64,000 nt of DNA from Eledone cirrhosa (lineage: Eukaryota), in the NCBI GenBank assembly GCA_964016885.1, contig OZ024744.1, forward strand, positions 8,742,001-8,806,000, written 5' to 3'. This document shows, piece by piece, positions 1 to 14,030 of this stretch. The translations under genes and the position numbers were made by a program. Every line of letters starts with the position of its first letter. Within the stretch, counting starts at the first letter, position 1. Under the pieces are notes generated by a model. It did no database searches. It was not told the origin of the DNA and saw only the letters and a list, made by a program, of their open reading frames with translations.

Positions 1-66
1 ATCAGAGTATTGACAATATCATACACCTAAACAACATATGTACTTGTCTATACCATACTAATTCAA

Positions 67-121
67 ACTGCCTGAAGAGGTCACAGCCAAAGATGGCTGT
101 CACTGAAATATATATAGCAGT
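67..121 (+). ncRNA. Minimal type I hammerhead ribozyme (Penelope pLTR type)
   Basis: Stem I actgc/gcagt; core CTGAAGA (72-78); stem II ggtcacagcca-aaga-tggctgtcact (one mismatch); GAAA (105-108); minimal palindromic stem III t-atat-a; AUA cleavage triplet; followed by an AT-rich tail and (TA)n. Confidence 0.8.
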
Positions 122-165
122 AATAAACGAAGCTAAATTTTAATCATTTGACTTTTATTTAACTT

Positions 166-170
<5 letters not shown>

Positions 171-225
<55 letters not shown>
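171..225. repeat. (TA)n microsatellite
   Basis: Uninterrupted TA run. Confidence 0.95.
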
Positions 226-228
<3 letters not shown>

Positions 229-570
229 TCTATAAACCTTACAACAACGCCAGATACACAGACTGATGCCGCTAAAAATGCTATTTACTAATTGATGTAA
301 CTAGTTGACCACTACACCTGGTTCTCAGAATCGACGATATCAGGTTGTTGACATTCACCAGTAGTGACTGACTGACCTGAACCGACCAATGGAAGACAAT
401 TATAAAATGCTCTGCAACACACGGCCATCTTCCATTCTTTATTCAGAGCTCAACTGAGGAACTATGTGTGTTTAGGTCTAAGAAATCACTGGTAATGCAC
501 AAATAAATCAAATTGATGATATCAACTTGACTGTATATGATCATTTCTCTTTCCAGTCATTTACTCTTAA

Positions 571-634
571 CTATGCGTATATATATACATAGACACACAT
601 ACACACACACATACACACACCTATATACCTACCT

Positions 635-669
<35 letters not shown>

Positions 670-905
670 CATGAATATATATATATATGTATATACATGT
701 GTATGTATATATGTACACAGACACACGTACTCACGCACAAACACACATATATATAAACATGTGTGTGTGTGTGTGTGTGTGTACATATATACATATGTAT
801 ATATATATACATATTCATGAATATATATGTATGTATGTGTGTATACACACATACACACACACACACATATATATACATGTCAATGTATGTATATGTATGT
901 GTATG
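571..905. repeat. Compound CA/TA/TG low-complexity tract
   Basis: Mixed dinucleotide runs; explains the VCVY/THTH-type ORFs. Confidence 0.9.
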
Positions 906-2183
906 AACCTTCTATATATAAAATAAAACTCTATCTGCGCTTCTTCTCTCAGTCTTTCTGATAGCAAAATAAACTGAATCAATGTAGACATGAATGGAAA
1001 TCTTTCAGATGTAAATCCAGCCGTAGAGAAATCATTCTAAACTACAGATTTTAAACATAAAAAAAGTAAAAAGGCGCCATTGTCCGTACTCATGAAAATA
1101 AGATAAATGCACATGATAGGTTAACTATGGCTCATAGTCTCTGTATTAAATTTGGGATAAATGTATGGTCGCGCCATTAAATAGCAGACAACCTAGAAGA
1201 CAAATAACTAATGCAGGCCGTGAAATGAGGGCTCGGCTGTCGTGAGGAAATATTTTTTCCGTACTCATGAAAATAAGATAAATGCACATTAAAGGGTTAA
1301 CGATGGCTCATAATCTCTTCATTAAATTTGGAATAAATGTATGGTCGCGTCATTAAATAGCAGACAACCTAGAAGACAAATAATTAAGCATGATGTGAAA
1401 TGAGGGCTCGGATGGCGCGAGGAAATATATTTTCTGTACTCATGAAAATAAGATAAATGCACATCAAAAGGCTAACGATGGCTCATACTCTCTGTATTAA
1501 ATTTGGAATATATGTATGGTCAGGCCATTATAAAACAGACAATCTAGGAGACAAATAAGTAATGCATGATAGAATGAGGGCTCGGCTGTCATGAGGAAAT
1601 ATATTTTCCGTACTCATGAAAATAAGATAAATGCACATTAAAGGGTTAACGATGGCTCATAATCTCTTCATTTTATTTGGAATAAATGTATGGTCGCGCC
1701 ATTAAATAGCAGACAACCTAGAAGACAAATAATTTATGCATGATGTGAAATGAGGGCTCGGATGGCGGGAGGAAATATATTTTCATAAGAAAATAAGATA
1801 AATGCACATCAAAAGGCTAACGATAGTTCATAATCTCTGTATTAAATTTAGAATAAATGTATGGTCGCGCCATTAAATAGCAGACAACCTAGAAGACAAA
1901 TAACTAATATATGATGTGAAATGAGTGCTCGGCTGTCGTCTGGAAATATATGTTCTGTACTCATGAAAATAAGATAAATACACATCAAAAGGCTAACGAT
2001 GGCTCATAATCTTTTTATTATATTTGGAATGAATGTATGGTCGCGCCATTAAATAGCAGACAACCTAGAGGAGAAATAAGTAATGCATGATGTGAAATGA
2101 GGGCTCGACTGTCGTAAGGAAATATATTTTCTGTACTCATGAAAATAAGATAAATGCACCTCAAAAGCTAACGATGGCTCATA

Positions 2184-2686
2184 ATCGTTAGCCTTTTGAT
2201 GTGCATTTATCTTATTTTCTCGAGTACGGAAAATATAGTGCCTTACGACAGTCGAGCCCTCATTTCAGATCATGCATTAGTTATTTGTCTTCTAGGTTGT
2301 CTGCTATTTAATAGCCTGACCATACATTTATTCCAAATTTAAAACAGAAATTATGAGCCATCGTCAGCCTTTTGATGTGCATTTATCTTATTTTCAAGAG
2401 TACGGAAAATATATTTCCTCACGACAGCCGAGCCCCCAATTCACATCATGCATTAGTTATTTGTCTTCTAGGTTGTCTGCTATTTAATGGTGCGACCATA
2501 CATTTATTCCGAATTTAATAAAGACACTATGACTCATTGTTAGCCTTTTGATGTGCATTTATCTTATTTTCATGAGTACAGAAAATATATTTCCTTACGA
2601 CAGTCGAGCCCTCATGTCACATCATGCATTATTTATTTGTCTTCTAGTTTGTCTGCTATTTAATGGCGCGATCATACATATATTCC
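2184..2686 (-). repeat. Inverted block (~3 monomers) of the 176-bp satellite
   Basis: Sequence switches to the reverse complement (atcgttagccttttgatgtgcatttatc...) and back at ~2687. Confidence 0.92.
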
Positions 2687-5600
2687 AGTCTCTTTATTAA
2701 ATTCGGTATAAATCTATGGTCGCGCCATTAAATAGCAGACAACCTAGAAGACAAATAACTAATGCATGATGTGAAATGAGGGCTCAGCTGTCGTGAGGAA
2801 ATATATTTTCCTTACTCTTGAAAATAAGATAAATGCACATCAAAAGGCTGACGATGGCTCATAATCTCTATATTAAATTTGGAATAAATGTATGGTCAGG
2901 TCATTAAATCGCAGACAACCTAGATGAGAAATAACTAATGCATGATGTGAAATGAGGGCTCGACTGTCGTAAGGAAATATATTTTCTGTACTCATGAAAA
3001 TAAAATAAATACACATCAAAAGGCTAACAATGACTCATAGTCTCTTTATTAAATTCGGAATAAATCAATGGTCGCCCCATTAAATAGCAGACAACCTAGA
3101 AGACAAATAACTAATGCAGGATGTGAAATGATGGCTCGGCTGTCATGAGGAAATATATGTTCTGTATTCATAAAAATAATATAAATGCACATCAAAAGCC
3201 TGACGATGGCTCATAATCTCTGTATTAAATTTGGAGTAAATGTATGGTGAGGCCATTAAATAGCAGACAACCTAGAAGACAAATAACTAATGCATGATGT
3301 CAAATTAGGGCTCGGCTGTCGTGAGGAAATATATTTTCTGTACTCATGAAAATAAGATAAATGCACATAAAAAGTCTAACAATGGCTCATAGTTACTTTA
3401 TTAAATTCGGAATAAATCTATGGTCGCGCCATTAAATAGCAGACAACGTAGAAGACAAATAACTAATGCAGGATGTGAAATGAGGTCTCGGCTGTCGTGA
3501 GGAAATATATTTTCCGTACTCATGAAAATAAGATAAATGCCCATCAAAAGGCTAACGATGGTCATACTCTCTTTATTAAATTTGGAATAAATGTATGGGC
3601 GCGCTATTAAATAGCAGACAACCTAGAAGACAAATAACTAATGCAGGCCGTGAAATGAGGGCTCGGCTGTCGTGAGGATATATATTTTCTGTATTCATAA
3701 AAATAATATAAATGCACATCAAAACGCTAACGATGGCTCAAAATCTCTGTATTAAATTTGGATTAAACGTATGGTGAGGCCATTAAATAGCAGACAACCT
3801 AGAAGACAAATAACTAATGCATGATGTGAAATGAGGGCTCTGATGACGTGGGGATATATATTTTCTGTACTCATGAAAATAAGATAAATGCACATCAAAA
3901 GCCTAACAATGCCTCATAATATCTGTATTAAATTTGGAATAAATTTATGGTCGCGCCATTAAATAGCAGACAACCTAGAGGACAAATAACTAATGCATGA
4001 TGTGAAATGAGGGCTCGACTGTCGTAAGGAAATATATGTTCTGTACTCATGAATATGAGATAAATGCACATCAAAAGTCTAACGATGGCTCATATTATCT
4101 TTATTAAATTCGGAATAAATCTATGGTCGCGCCATTAAATAGCAGACAACCTAGATGAGAAATAACTAATGCATGATGTGAAATGAGGGCTCGACTGTCG
4201 TAAGGAAATATATTTTCTGTACTCATGAAAATAAGATAAATGCACATCAAAAAGCTAACGATTGCTCATAATCTCTGTATTATATTTGGAATATATGTAT
4301 GATCGCGCCATTAAATAGCAGACAACCTAGAAGACAAATAACTAATGCAGGATGTGAAATGAGGGCTCGACTGTCGTGAGGAAATATATTTTCTGTACTC
4401 ATGAAAATAAGATAAATAAGCATCAAACGGCTAACGATGGCTCATAATCACTGTATTAAATTTGGAATAAATGTGTGGTCGTGTCATTAAATAGCTGACA
4501 ACCTAGAAGACAAATAACTAATGCATGATGTGAAATGATGGCTTGGCTGACGTGAGGAAATATATATTCCGTACTCATGAAAATAAGATAAATGCACACC
4601 AAAAGGCTAACGTTGGCTCATAATGTCTGTATTAAATTTGGAATAAATCTATGGTCGCAACATTAAATAGCAGACAACGTAGAGGAGAAATAACTAATGC
4701 AGGATGTGAAATGAGGTCTCGGCTGTCGTGAGGAAATATATGTTCCGTACTCATGAAAATAAGATAAATGCACATCAAAAGGCTAACAATGACTCATAAT
4801 CTCTTTATTAAATTTGGAATAATTGTATGATCGCGCTATTAAATAGAAGACAACCTAGAAGACAAATAAGAAATGCAGGATGTGAAATGAGGGCTCGACT
4901 GTCGTAAGGAAATATATTTTCTGTACTCATGAAAATAAGATAAATAAACATCAAACGGCTAACGATGGCTCATAATCTTTGTATTAAATTTGGAATAAAT
5001 ATATGGTTGCGCCATTAAATAGCAGACAATCTAGAAGACAAATAACTAATATAGGACGTGAAATGAGGCCTCGGCTGTCGTGAGGATATATATTTACTGT
5101 ACTCATAAAAATAAGATAAATTCACATGAAAAGGCTAACGATGGCTCATAGTCTCTTTATTAAATTCGGAATAAATCTATGGTCGCGCCATTAAATAGCA
5201 GACAGCCTAGAAGACAAATAACTAATGCATGATATGAAATGAAGGTTCGGTGGTCGTGAGGAAATATATTTTCTGTACTCATGAAAATAAGATGAATGCA
5301 CATCAATAAGCTAACGATGGCTCATAATCTCTGTATTATATTTGTAATATATGTATGATCGCGCCATTAAATAGCAGACAACCTAGAAGACAAATAACGA
5401 ATGCAGGAAGGGAAATGATGGCTCGGCTGTCATGAGGAAATATAGGTTCTCTACTCATGAATATAAGATAAATCTACATCAAAAGTCTAACGATGGCTCA
5501 TAATCTCTGTATTAAATTTGGGATATATGTATGGTCGGGCATTGAAATTGCAGACAACCTAGAAGACAAATAACTAATGCATGATGTAAAATGAAAGCTC

Positions 5601-8239
5601 GGCTTTCGTGAGGAAATATATTTTCCATACTCATGAAAATAAGGCAAATGCACATCAAAAGGCTAACGATGGCTCATAATCTCTGTATTAAATTTGGAAT
5701 AAATGTATGGTCACGCCATTAAATAGCAGACAACCTAGAAGTCAAATAACAGATGCATAATATGAAATGAGGTCTCGGCTGTCGTGAGGCTAACCAGGGC
5801 CCATAATCTCTGTATTAAATTTGGAATAAATGTATGGTCGCGCCATTAAATAGCAGAAAACCTAGAACACAAATAGCTAATGTAGGACGTGAAATGAGGG
5901 CTCGGCTATCGGGATGAAATATGTTTTCCGTACTCATAAAAATAAGATAAATGCACATCAAAAGGCTAACGATGGCTCATAATCTCTGTATTAAATTTGG
6001 AATAAATGTATGGACGCGCCATTAAATAGCAGACAAAGTAGAGGAGAAATAACTAATGCATGATGTGAAATGATGGCTCGACTGTCGTAAGGAAATATAT
6101 GTTCTGTACTCATGAATATAAGATAAATCCACATCAAAAGGCTAACGAAAGCTCATAATCTCTGTATTAAATTTGGAATATATATATATATGGTCGGGCA
6201 TTGAAATAGTAGACAACCTAGAAGACAAATAACTAATGCAGGGTGTGAAATGAGGGCTCGGCTGTCGTGAGGAAATATATATTCTGTACTCATGAAAATA
6301 AGATAAATGCCCATCAAAAGGCTAACGATGGCTAATAATCTCTGTATTAAATTTGGAACAGATGTATGGTCGGGCATTGAAATAGCAGACAACCTAGAAG
6401 ACAAATAACTAATGCATGATGTGAAATGAGGGCTCGGCTGTCGTGAGGAAATATATTTTCCGTACTCATGAAAATAAGTTAACTGCACATCAAAAGGCTA
6501 ACGATGGCTCATAATCTCTTTATTAAATTCGGAATAAATGTATGGTCGCGCCATTAAATAGCAGACAACGTAGAGGAGAAATAACTAATGCAGGATGTGA
6601 AATGATGGATCGGCTGTCATGAGGAAATATATGTTCTGTACTCATGAATATAAGATAAATCCACATCAAAAGGCTAACGAAGGCTCATAATCTCTGCATT
6701 AAATTTGGAATATATATATGGTCGGGTATTGAAATAGCAGACAACCTAGAGGACAAATAACTAATGCATGATGTGAAATGAGAGCTTGGCTGTCGTGAGG
6801 AAATATATGTTCTGTACTCATGAATATAAGATAAATCCACATCAAAAGGCTAACGATGGCTCATAATCTCTGTATTGAAATTGGGATAAATGTATTGTCC
6901 CACATTAAATAGCAGACAACGTAGAAGACAAATAACTAATGCAGGAGTTGAAATGAGGGCTAAGCTGTCGTGAAGAAATATATTTTCCGTACTCATTAAA
7001 ATAAGATAAATGCACACCAAAAGGCTAACGATAGTTCATAATTTCTGTATTAAATTTGGAATAAATGTATGGTCGCGCCATTAAATAGCAGACAAACTAG
7101 AAGACAAATAACAAATGCATGATATGAAATGAGGGCTCGTCTGTCGTGAGGAAATCTCTTTTCCGTACTTATGAAAATAAGATAAATGCACATCAAAAGG
7201 CTAACGACGGTCATAGTCTCTGTATTAAATTTGGAATAAATATATGGTTGCGCCATTAAATAGCAGACCTTCTAGAAGACAAATTCCTAATGTATGATGT
7301 GAAAGAGAGCTCGGCTGTCGTGAGTAAGTATATTTTCCGTACACATGAAATTAAGTTAAATGCCCATCAAAAGGCTAACGATGGTTCATAATCTATGTAT
7401 TAAATTTGGAATAAATGTATGGTCGCGCCATTAAATAGCAGACAACCTAGAGGAGAAATAAATAATGCAGGATGTGAAATGAGGGCTCGGCTGTCGTGAG
7501 GAAATATATTTTCCGTACTCATGAAAATAAGTTAAATGCCCTTCAAAAGGCTAACGATGTTTCATAATCTCTGTATTAAATTTGGAACAAATGTATGGTC
7601 GGGCCATTAAATAGCAGACAACCTAGAAGACAAATAACTAATGCATGATATGAAATGAAGGTTTGTGGGGCGTGAGGAAATATATTTCCTGTACTCATGA
7701 AAATAAGATAAATGCACATCAAAAGGCTAACGATGACTCATAGCCTCTTTATTAAATTCGGAATAAATGTATGGTCGCGCCATTAAATAGCAGACAACCT
7801 AGAAGATAAATAAATAACGCATGATGTGAAATGAGGGCTCGGCTGTCATGAAGAAATATATTTTCCGTACTCATAAATATAAGATAAATGCACATCAAAA
7901 GCCTGACGATGGCTCATATTCTTTTTATTAAATGTGGAATAAATGTATGGTCGCGCCATTAAATAGCAAACAATCTAGAGGACAATTAACAAATGCAGGA
8001 TGTGAAATGAGGGCTCGGCTGTCGTAAGAAAATATATTTTCCGTAGTCATGAAAATAAGATAAATGCACATCAAAAGGCTAACGATGGCTCATAATCCCT
8101 GTATTGAAATTGGGATAAATGTATGGTCCGCCATTACATAGCAGACAACCTAAGAAGACAAATAACTAATGAATGATGTGAAATGAGGGCTCGGCTGTCG
8201 TGAGGAAATATATGTTTTGTACTCATGAAAATAGGATAG

Positions 8240-8537
8240 CGTAACCATACATTTATTCGAAATTTAATACAGAGATTATGAGCCATCGTTAGCCTTTTGA
8301 TGTGCATTTATCTTATTTTCATGAGTACAGAAAATATATTTCCACACGACACCCGAGCCCTCATTTCACATCCTGCATTAGTTATTTGTCTTCTAGGTTG
8401 TCTGCTATTTAATGGCGCGACCATACATTTATTCCAAATTTAATACAGAGATTATGAGCCATCGTTAGCCTTTTGATGTGCATTTATCTTATTTTCATGA
8501 GTACGGAAAATATATTTCCTCACGACAACCGAGCCCT
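8240..8537 (-). repeat. Second inverted block (~1.7 monomers) of the 176-bp satellite
   Basis: Reverse-complement monomers from accatacatttattcg to gagccct, after which the forward orientation resumes. Confidence 0.92.
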
Positions 8538-9416
8538 GGAATAAATGTATAGTCGCGCCATTAAATAGCAGACAACCTAGAAGAAAAATAACTAATGCAT
8601 GATGTGAAATGAGGGCTCGACTGTCGTTAGGAAATATATTTTCCGTACACATGAAGATAAGATAAATGCACATCAAAAGGCTAACGATGGCTTATAATCT
8701 CTGTATTGAAATTGGGATAAATGTATGGTCTGCCATTAAATAGCAGACAACCTAGGAGACAAATAACTAATGTAGGATGTGAAATGAGGGCTCGGCTGTC
8801 GTAAGGAAATATATTTTCCGTACTCATGAAAATAAGATAAATGCACATCAAGGGGTTAACGATGGTCATAGTCTCTTTATTAAATTTGGAATAAATGTAT
8901 GATCGCGCTATTAAATAGCAGACAACCTAGAAGACAAATAATTAATACATGATGTGAAATGAGGGCTCGGCTGTCATCAGGAAATATATTTTCCGTACTC
9001 ATCTCATGAAAATAAGATAAATGCACATCAAAAGGCTAACGATGGCTCATAATCTCTGTATTGAAATTGGGATAAATGTATGGTCCGCCATTAAATAGCA
9101 GACAACCTAGAAGACAAATGACTAATGCATGATGTGAAATGAGGGCTCGGCTGTCGTGTGGAAATATATTTTCTGTACTCATGAATATAAGATAAATACA
9201 TATCAAAAGGCTAACGATGGTTCGTAATTTCTGTATTCAATTTATAATAAATGTATGGTTGCGCCATTAAATAGCAGACAATCTAGAAGACAAGTAACTA
9301 ATGCATGATGTGAAATGAGGGCTCGGCTGTCATGAGGAAATATATCTTCCGTACTCATGAAAATATGATAAATGCACATCAAAAGGCTAACGATGGCTCA
9401 TAATCTCTGTATTAAA

Positions 9417-11340
9417 GCAATTGATAGATTTTTCGTCTATTATGACAATCTTCCAGCATCATTTTTTTAACCAAAAGCTGATCCTTACAGCCATATGAGC
9501 CTCGTTTACACTCTTTCTGCTCATTGGGAAATAGATCATTTGTTATCAGGTGGTCATATATATATTCAGTTAGGACTGATGTTAAAATGTTATACATTGT
9601 GGTAAAGCAAGTTATCGGTCTGTAATTTTGGGGATTGTCTGTCTCATCACTCTTCGGAGGCAGGAATGTAATGCCGTTTACTAGCCATGATTATATCTTT
9701 TCTGGCTCCTTAACTATTTCATTATAAAGTTGGGCTAACAGCTTATGAAACTTTGTGAAGGCATTTATCCAAAAATTTGGTATTTTGTCTTTTCCTGGGG
9801 ATTTCCATTTGCTGGTTTTTCTAAGAGCCAAACGCAACTGTTCAACTGTTATATTTTCCCATAGTTGTTCCCCAAAGTGAGCTGTATCTTTCATTTGTCT
9901 GTCTATCCATGGAGCATCTATATTATGAACCTTTTCTTCGGCCTAGATCTTTTCCCAGAATTCTTGCACTTCCTCCTTGGGTGGTATTGATTTAGCAGTT
10001 ATTGGTGACTTACCAATTTTTCTGTAGAAGTTTCTTTGGTTGGTTTTGAACATATTATTGTCCTTATAGAATCTAGATCGTTTTTCAAAGCGCCTTATAC
10101 GAGCAGCTTTGGTCGACACTTTTTGCTTGATTATTTCTATCAGCATGTCTATGTGACTTGTTGATTTTTTACTGTATTTTCTTTTCTATTTTCTAAGTTT
10201 AGTTGGTTTAACATGTTCACCTACTTTATAGTTTGTTAAAATTTCTATGTCAGATCGGAGAAGGTTTATTTGGCGATTGATGTTCTCTTGCCAAGTAGAT
10301 TTATTGTGGGCATTCCTTTATTATTTCATTTTCACTCAACATAAGTGAGTGGTGACTTTAGCCGATGCATAATAGAGATGATTTAAATCAGTAATGTTTA
10401 GTTTGTTGTGATGATAATGTTTTTGAGAATTATGTTAGTCTTGTGTATTTTCTTTTGGTTCTGTTTGGAGTTCTGGATCTTAGGGAGAGTGTCTCGTTCC
10501 GCCATGTCAGATTCTTTCATTTTCATCCATTCGATCATAATTTCATCCTTCAAGTTGGCAAGTTCATTCTCATTCATTTCTTTATCATTTACGATCTCAT
10601 TGTTTTCATTTTGAGTTTCATCTTGAGCATGCACTTCCTCCACATTTTCGATCCTTTCTTTAATTTGTTCTGCTGTCAGTGATTCCGCCCCAACCCTGGG
10701 TTTCGAAGTGTTACAATTTACCATGTTTCATTTTCCCTTCGCTGACTTTGTGCTAATAGCTTGATCTGATCAATTTCTATTTCAATTAGTAACTTTTTTT
10801 TAACAATATTTCTTCGTATATTGGCTAGTTTGTTACTGTCAATATAGCCTCTGTTTTCGGGATGTTTCTTTTTCCAGTTGATATATGTCTGTTCTGTATT
10901 CGATGGGTAGTACATGGCAGTGTAAAAAGCCTCAAGGACTTCTTTATTGTCTTCCCTTGACCATTTTTCTCTCTTTTTCTTTGGAATTCTTGGTGGTGAG
11001 CATGGAGGGCCAACAGTAGGAGTATTCCGGTTATGGGTGATCTCCAGCTAAGAAGTGATGGGAAGGTTTAAACCATTAGCTGATTTTTAGACCCCAGTCT
11101 GGTTCCTCTCTAAGGGACGCGGCCCTTTTTGACCTGGGTGACGGTCGATCCGGCATGGGATTTTATCATTTGACATTTACTTTATTTTGTCACGTTTTAT
11201 CCTTAACCGCCAAGGGGTAATCATTTCGTGTTACCACTTCTAGGACGAGTGTCAACCAAGACTAGAGGGGTCGTCCTCCCTTAGAGACACGGCTATTCCC
11301 CGCCGGCCGCCATCCCGGTATTTCTTGGTCACGGGGTTTT
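9417..11340 (-). mobile_element. R4/Dong-clade non-LTR retrotransposon, 5' half, frameshifted and 3'-truncated
   Basis: Fragments KWKSPGKDKIPNFW, NYRPITC..TMYNILTSVL, EQKECKRGSYGCKDQLL and KAARIRRFEKR..FYKDNNMFKTNQRNFYR match the R4/Dong N-terminal region and RT start; the RT is cut where the satellite begins. Confidence 0.8.
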
Positions 11341-12304
11341 CTTTTTTTGTTTTTTTTTTTAATTGTTATTATCATGAGTGGTTCCTTAATGTGAGCATTG
11401 CGTGGCTTAAGAATGAAATTATTATTAATAATTTAATATACTTTTTGTTGAAGTTGCCTGTTGTTGTTGTTGGCTATGTCGGTGGTGGTGCTGGGGCTTT
11501 TTTCTATTGTTGGTGAGGAAGGGGAGAGCCAGTAGTGCCACAGTCGTTGACGTTTGACCGGGTCACTATGTCAGTCTATTTATATATTTTGTTAGCCTCT
11601 CCCTTGTCTAGTGATACCGCCACCTTCCCCTTTCTTAAGTTAAGAGAAGGTAGTGGGGGATAATGGTGGTAGCAATGAAGGAGTGGTGGCGGCGGTGATG
11701 GGATAGTGGTAGCAATGATGGAGTGGTGGCGGCGGTGACTATAGTGATGGCGTTGTCGTTACTGAGTTCTGTTGAATAGACTGTAGTAGGATGCGTTTGT
11801 TTGATCTGTATATCTATGCGGTTTGTCGCGTATGTTTTATATATGTGTTGACATATTTTCTTAATATTTGAATTAAACATTTTGAGATACAATAATAGTA
11901 ATTATTATTATTATGCTGGGATTGGTGGTGGTGGTGGTGAAATTGCCGTTATCTGGCTGTTGTATTTAGTGTACAGAGAGGGGTGATGGGATAGGTGGTG
12001 TATCTAGGTTGTTGTGGTGGTGGAATTGCTGTTATTTGGCTGTTCTATATAGTGTAGACAGGGGGGGTTCTTCCATTTATAACCATTTTCGTTTTTGAAT
12101 ATAAAATTCATAATACAAAATTGAATATTTGAGCGATATAACAGGATATTATGGGTTCTCATTTCCTGATAGCTAAGCCTGGTGCTTTATGTCCCATTTG
12201 TACTATGAATTGTTATATCACAATTGTTTTAAATATGTTAAAAATCAAAAACTTACGAGAGCGATTCCATAACACTCTATCCACCACGTGCGTCTTCTTC
12301 CCTA

Positions 12305-12306
<2 letters not shown>

Positions 12307-12336
<30 letters not shown>

Positions 12337-12376
12337 CTTCTTCTTCTTCTCCTTCTCCTTCTCCTTCTTCTTCTTC
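12307..12376. repeat. (CTT)n microsatellite
   Basis: Direct reading. Confidence 0.95.
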
Positions 12377-12381
12377 TATCT

Positions 12382-12633
12382 ATCATTATCTATCGTACAC
12401 TCTGTGGCATCCTTTTATAAAAAAGAGGCTCATAACGAACTCAAGACGACACGATAATTATTTATATGAATTTATAATATAGAATTCGGTTTAAGTGCAT
12501 TTCGTATTAAGCATTACAAAACATCTAATATGAGATATTGAACATTAGCTTAACTAATTATCCTGTCGTCTTGAGTTCGTTATGTGTCTCTTTTTTATAA
12601 AAGGATGCCACAGAATGTACGATAGATAATGAT
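12382..12633. repeat. Inverted repeat, ~79-bp arms (12382-12460 / 12555-12633)
   Basis: atcattatctatcgtacactctgtggcatcc... versus ...ggatgccacagaatgtacgatagataatgat, a few mismatches. Confidence 0.88.
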
Positions 12634-13027
12634 TACAACATTTTTTAGCAACAACTCTAGTCCCACACTTTTGAAGGTTTATTATAACATTCTGTGGCTC
12701 TTTTGAGCTTGCGCATTTTTCAGAGACATTGCTCATTTCAAACGTTTGTGCCGATCAATTGAATTGCGCTAATTATTGCTTTCGATTTAGATTTAATAAT
12801 AACACAAATAAATACACGAAAACATTATTCGATGATAAATTTAGTACAAAAATAAGATATGAATTCATTGCATGAACTGCACATAATTAATATTTGTTGA
12901 GAATTTTGGCTGAGAAACCATTCACCAATAATCATGCTTTCCTTTGAGTAATCAACATATATCCTAATACACACACACGCATGCGCACACACACACGCGC
13001 ACACGCACATACACACACACACACACT

Positions 13028-13056
<29 letters not shown>

Positions 13057-13060
<4 letters not shown>

Positions 13061-13171
13061 TTAATATAGAAATGGCTTCTACAGGACTAGAACTGTTTCA
13101 TTCGGAAGAAATCATCAGGAACCTGAATGAAACAGCACTAGCCCTGTAGAAGCCATTTCTATATTAAATAT
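13057..13171. repeat. Fold-back palindrome, ~47-bp arms
   Basis: atatttaatatagaaatggcttctacagg...gtttcattc / gaatgaaac...cctgtagaagccatttctatattaaatat. Confidence 0.9.
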
Positions 13172-13262
13172 TTATACTCTGCTATGTATTGAGTACCTTA
13201 ATTACAGTTAATTACAGTGGTTACCTCCGACCGAACCTGAGATAAACTAATATATATATATA

Positions 13263-13950
13263 AATAAAGTTAGTCCTTCATCAGTGATCTTCCAACCATC
13301 ATTGGTATTTCATCGCTTTAAAGACCATATACCTGCGGTTAGTGCGAGCAACGGCTAAAAAAAGTCGTTGGGACACGTAAATAAAGGGGACACGAGAGTG
13401 TAAACAAACAAAGATGGTGAAGCAACGAAAAGTGAGGAAGAAGGAGTCAAGTCCCAAATTTCCATGAATATAAGTTCGGTGAAATCGTGAACGAGAGAGA
13501 ATAAAGACCATCAAACCTGGTTGGAATGTGAGCAAGGAAGGAATTCCGTACAGGTCTAACGGGAGGAAGAAGGAATCTAGTTTTTCTCTCTCTCGTCTAC
13601 GATTTCACAGAACTTATGTTCACCGAATTCACAGACTAGATTCCTTCTTCCTCCCGTTAGACCTGTACGGAATTCCCTCCTTGCTCACATTCCAACCAGG
13701 TTTGATGGTCTTTATTCTCTCTCGTTCACGATTTCACCGAACATATATTCATGGAAATTTGGGACTTGACTCCTTCCTCATTTTTCGTTGCTTCCCCATC
13801 TTTGTTTGTTTACACTCTCGTGTCCCCTTTATTTACGTGTCCCAACGACTTTTTTTAGCCGTTGCTCGCACCAACCGGAGGTATATGGTCTTTAAAGCGA
13901 TGAAATACCAATGATGGTTGGAAAATCACTGATGAAGGACTAACTTTATT
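13263..13950. repeat. Long near-perfect palindrome, ~320-bp arms, probably PLE pLTR-derived
   Basis: Arms ~13263-13581 and ~13635-13950 are reverse complements; the same peptide is read on both strands in the ORF track; the arm ends carry CTGATGA. Confidence 0.92.
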
Positions 13951-13987
13951 CATATGTAACCCATTTGCAACCACGCAGCACGTTTAT

Positions 13988-14030
<43 letters not shown>

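Larger units (their letters stand above)
1083..9416 (+). repeat. 176-bp tandem satellite array (~47 diverged monomers)
   Basis: gtactcatgaaaataagataaatgcacatcaaaaggctaacgatggctc recurs with a period of ~176 (e.g. 4219 to 4395), with scattered substitutions and occasional truncated monomers (e.g. ~5790). Confidence 0.97.

Noticed and set aside
1083-9416. Ribozyme or coding function in the 176-bp satellite
   Set aside because: No CTGANGA...GAAA arrangement in the consensus on either strand; the ORFs are sporadic products of substitutions.
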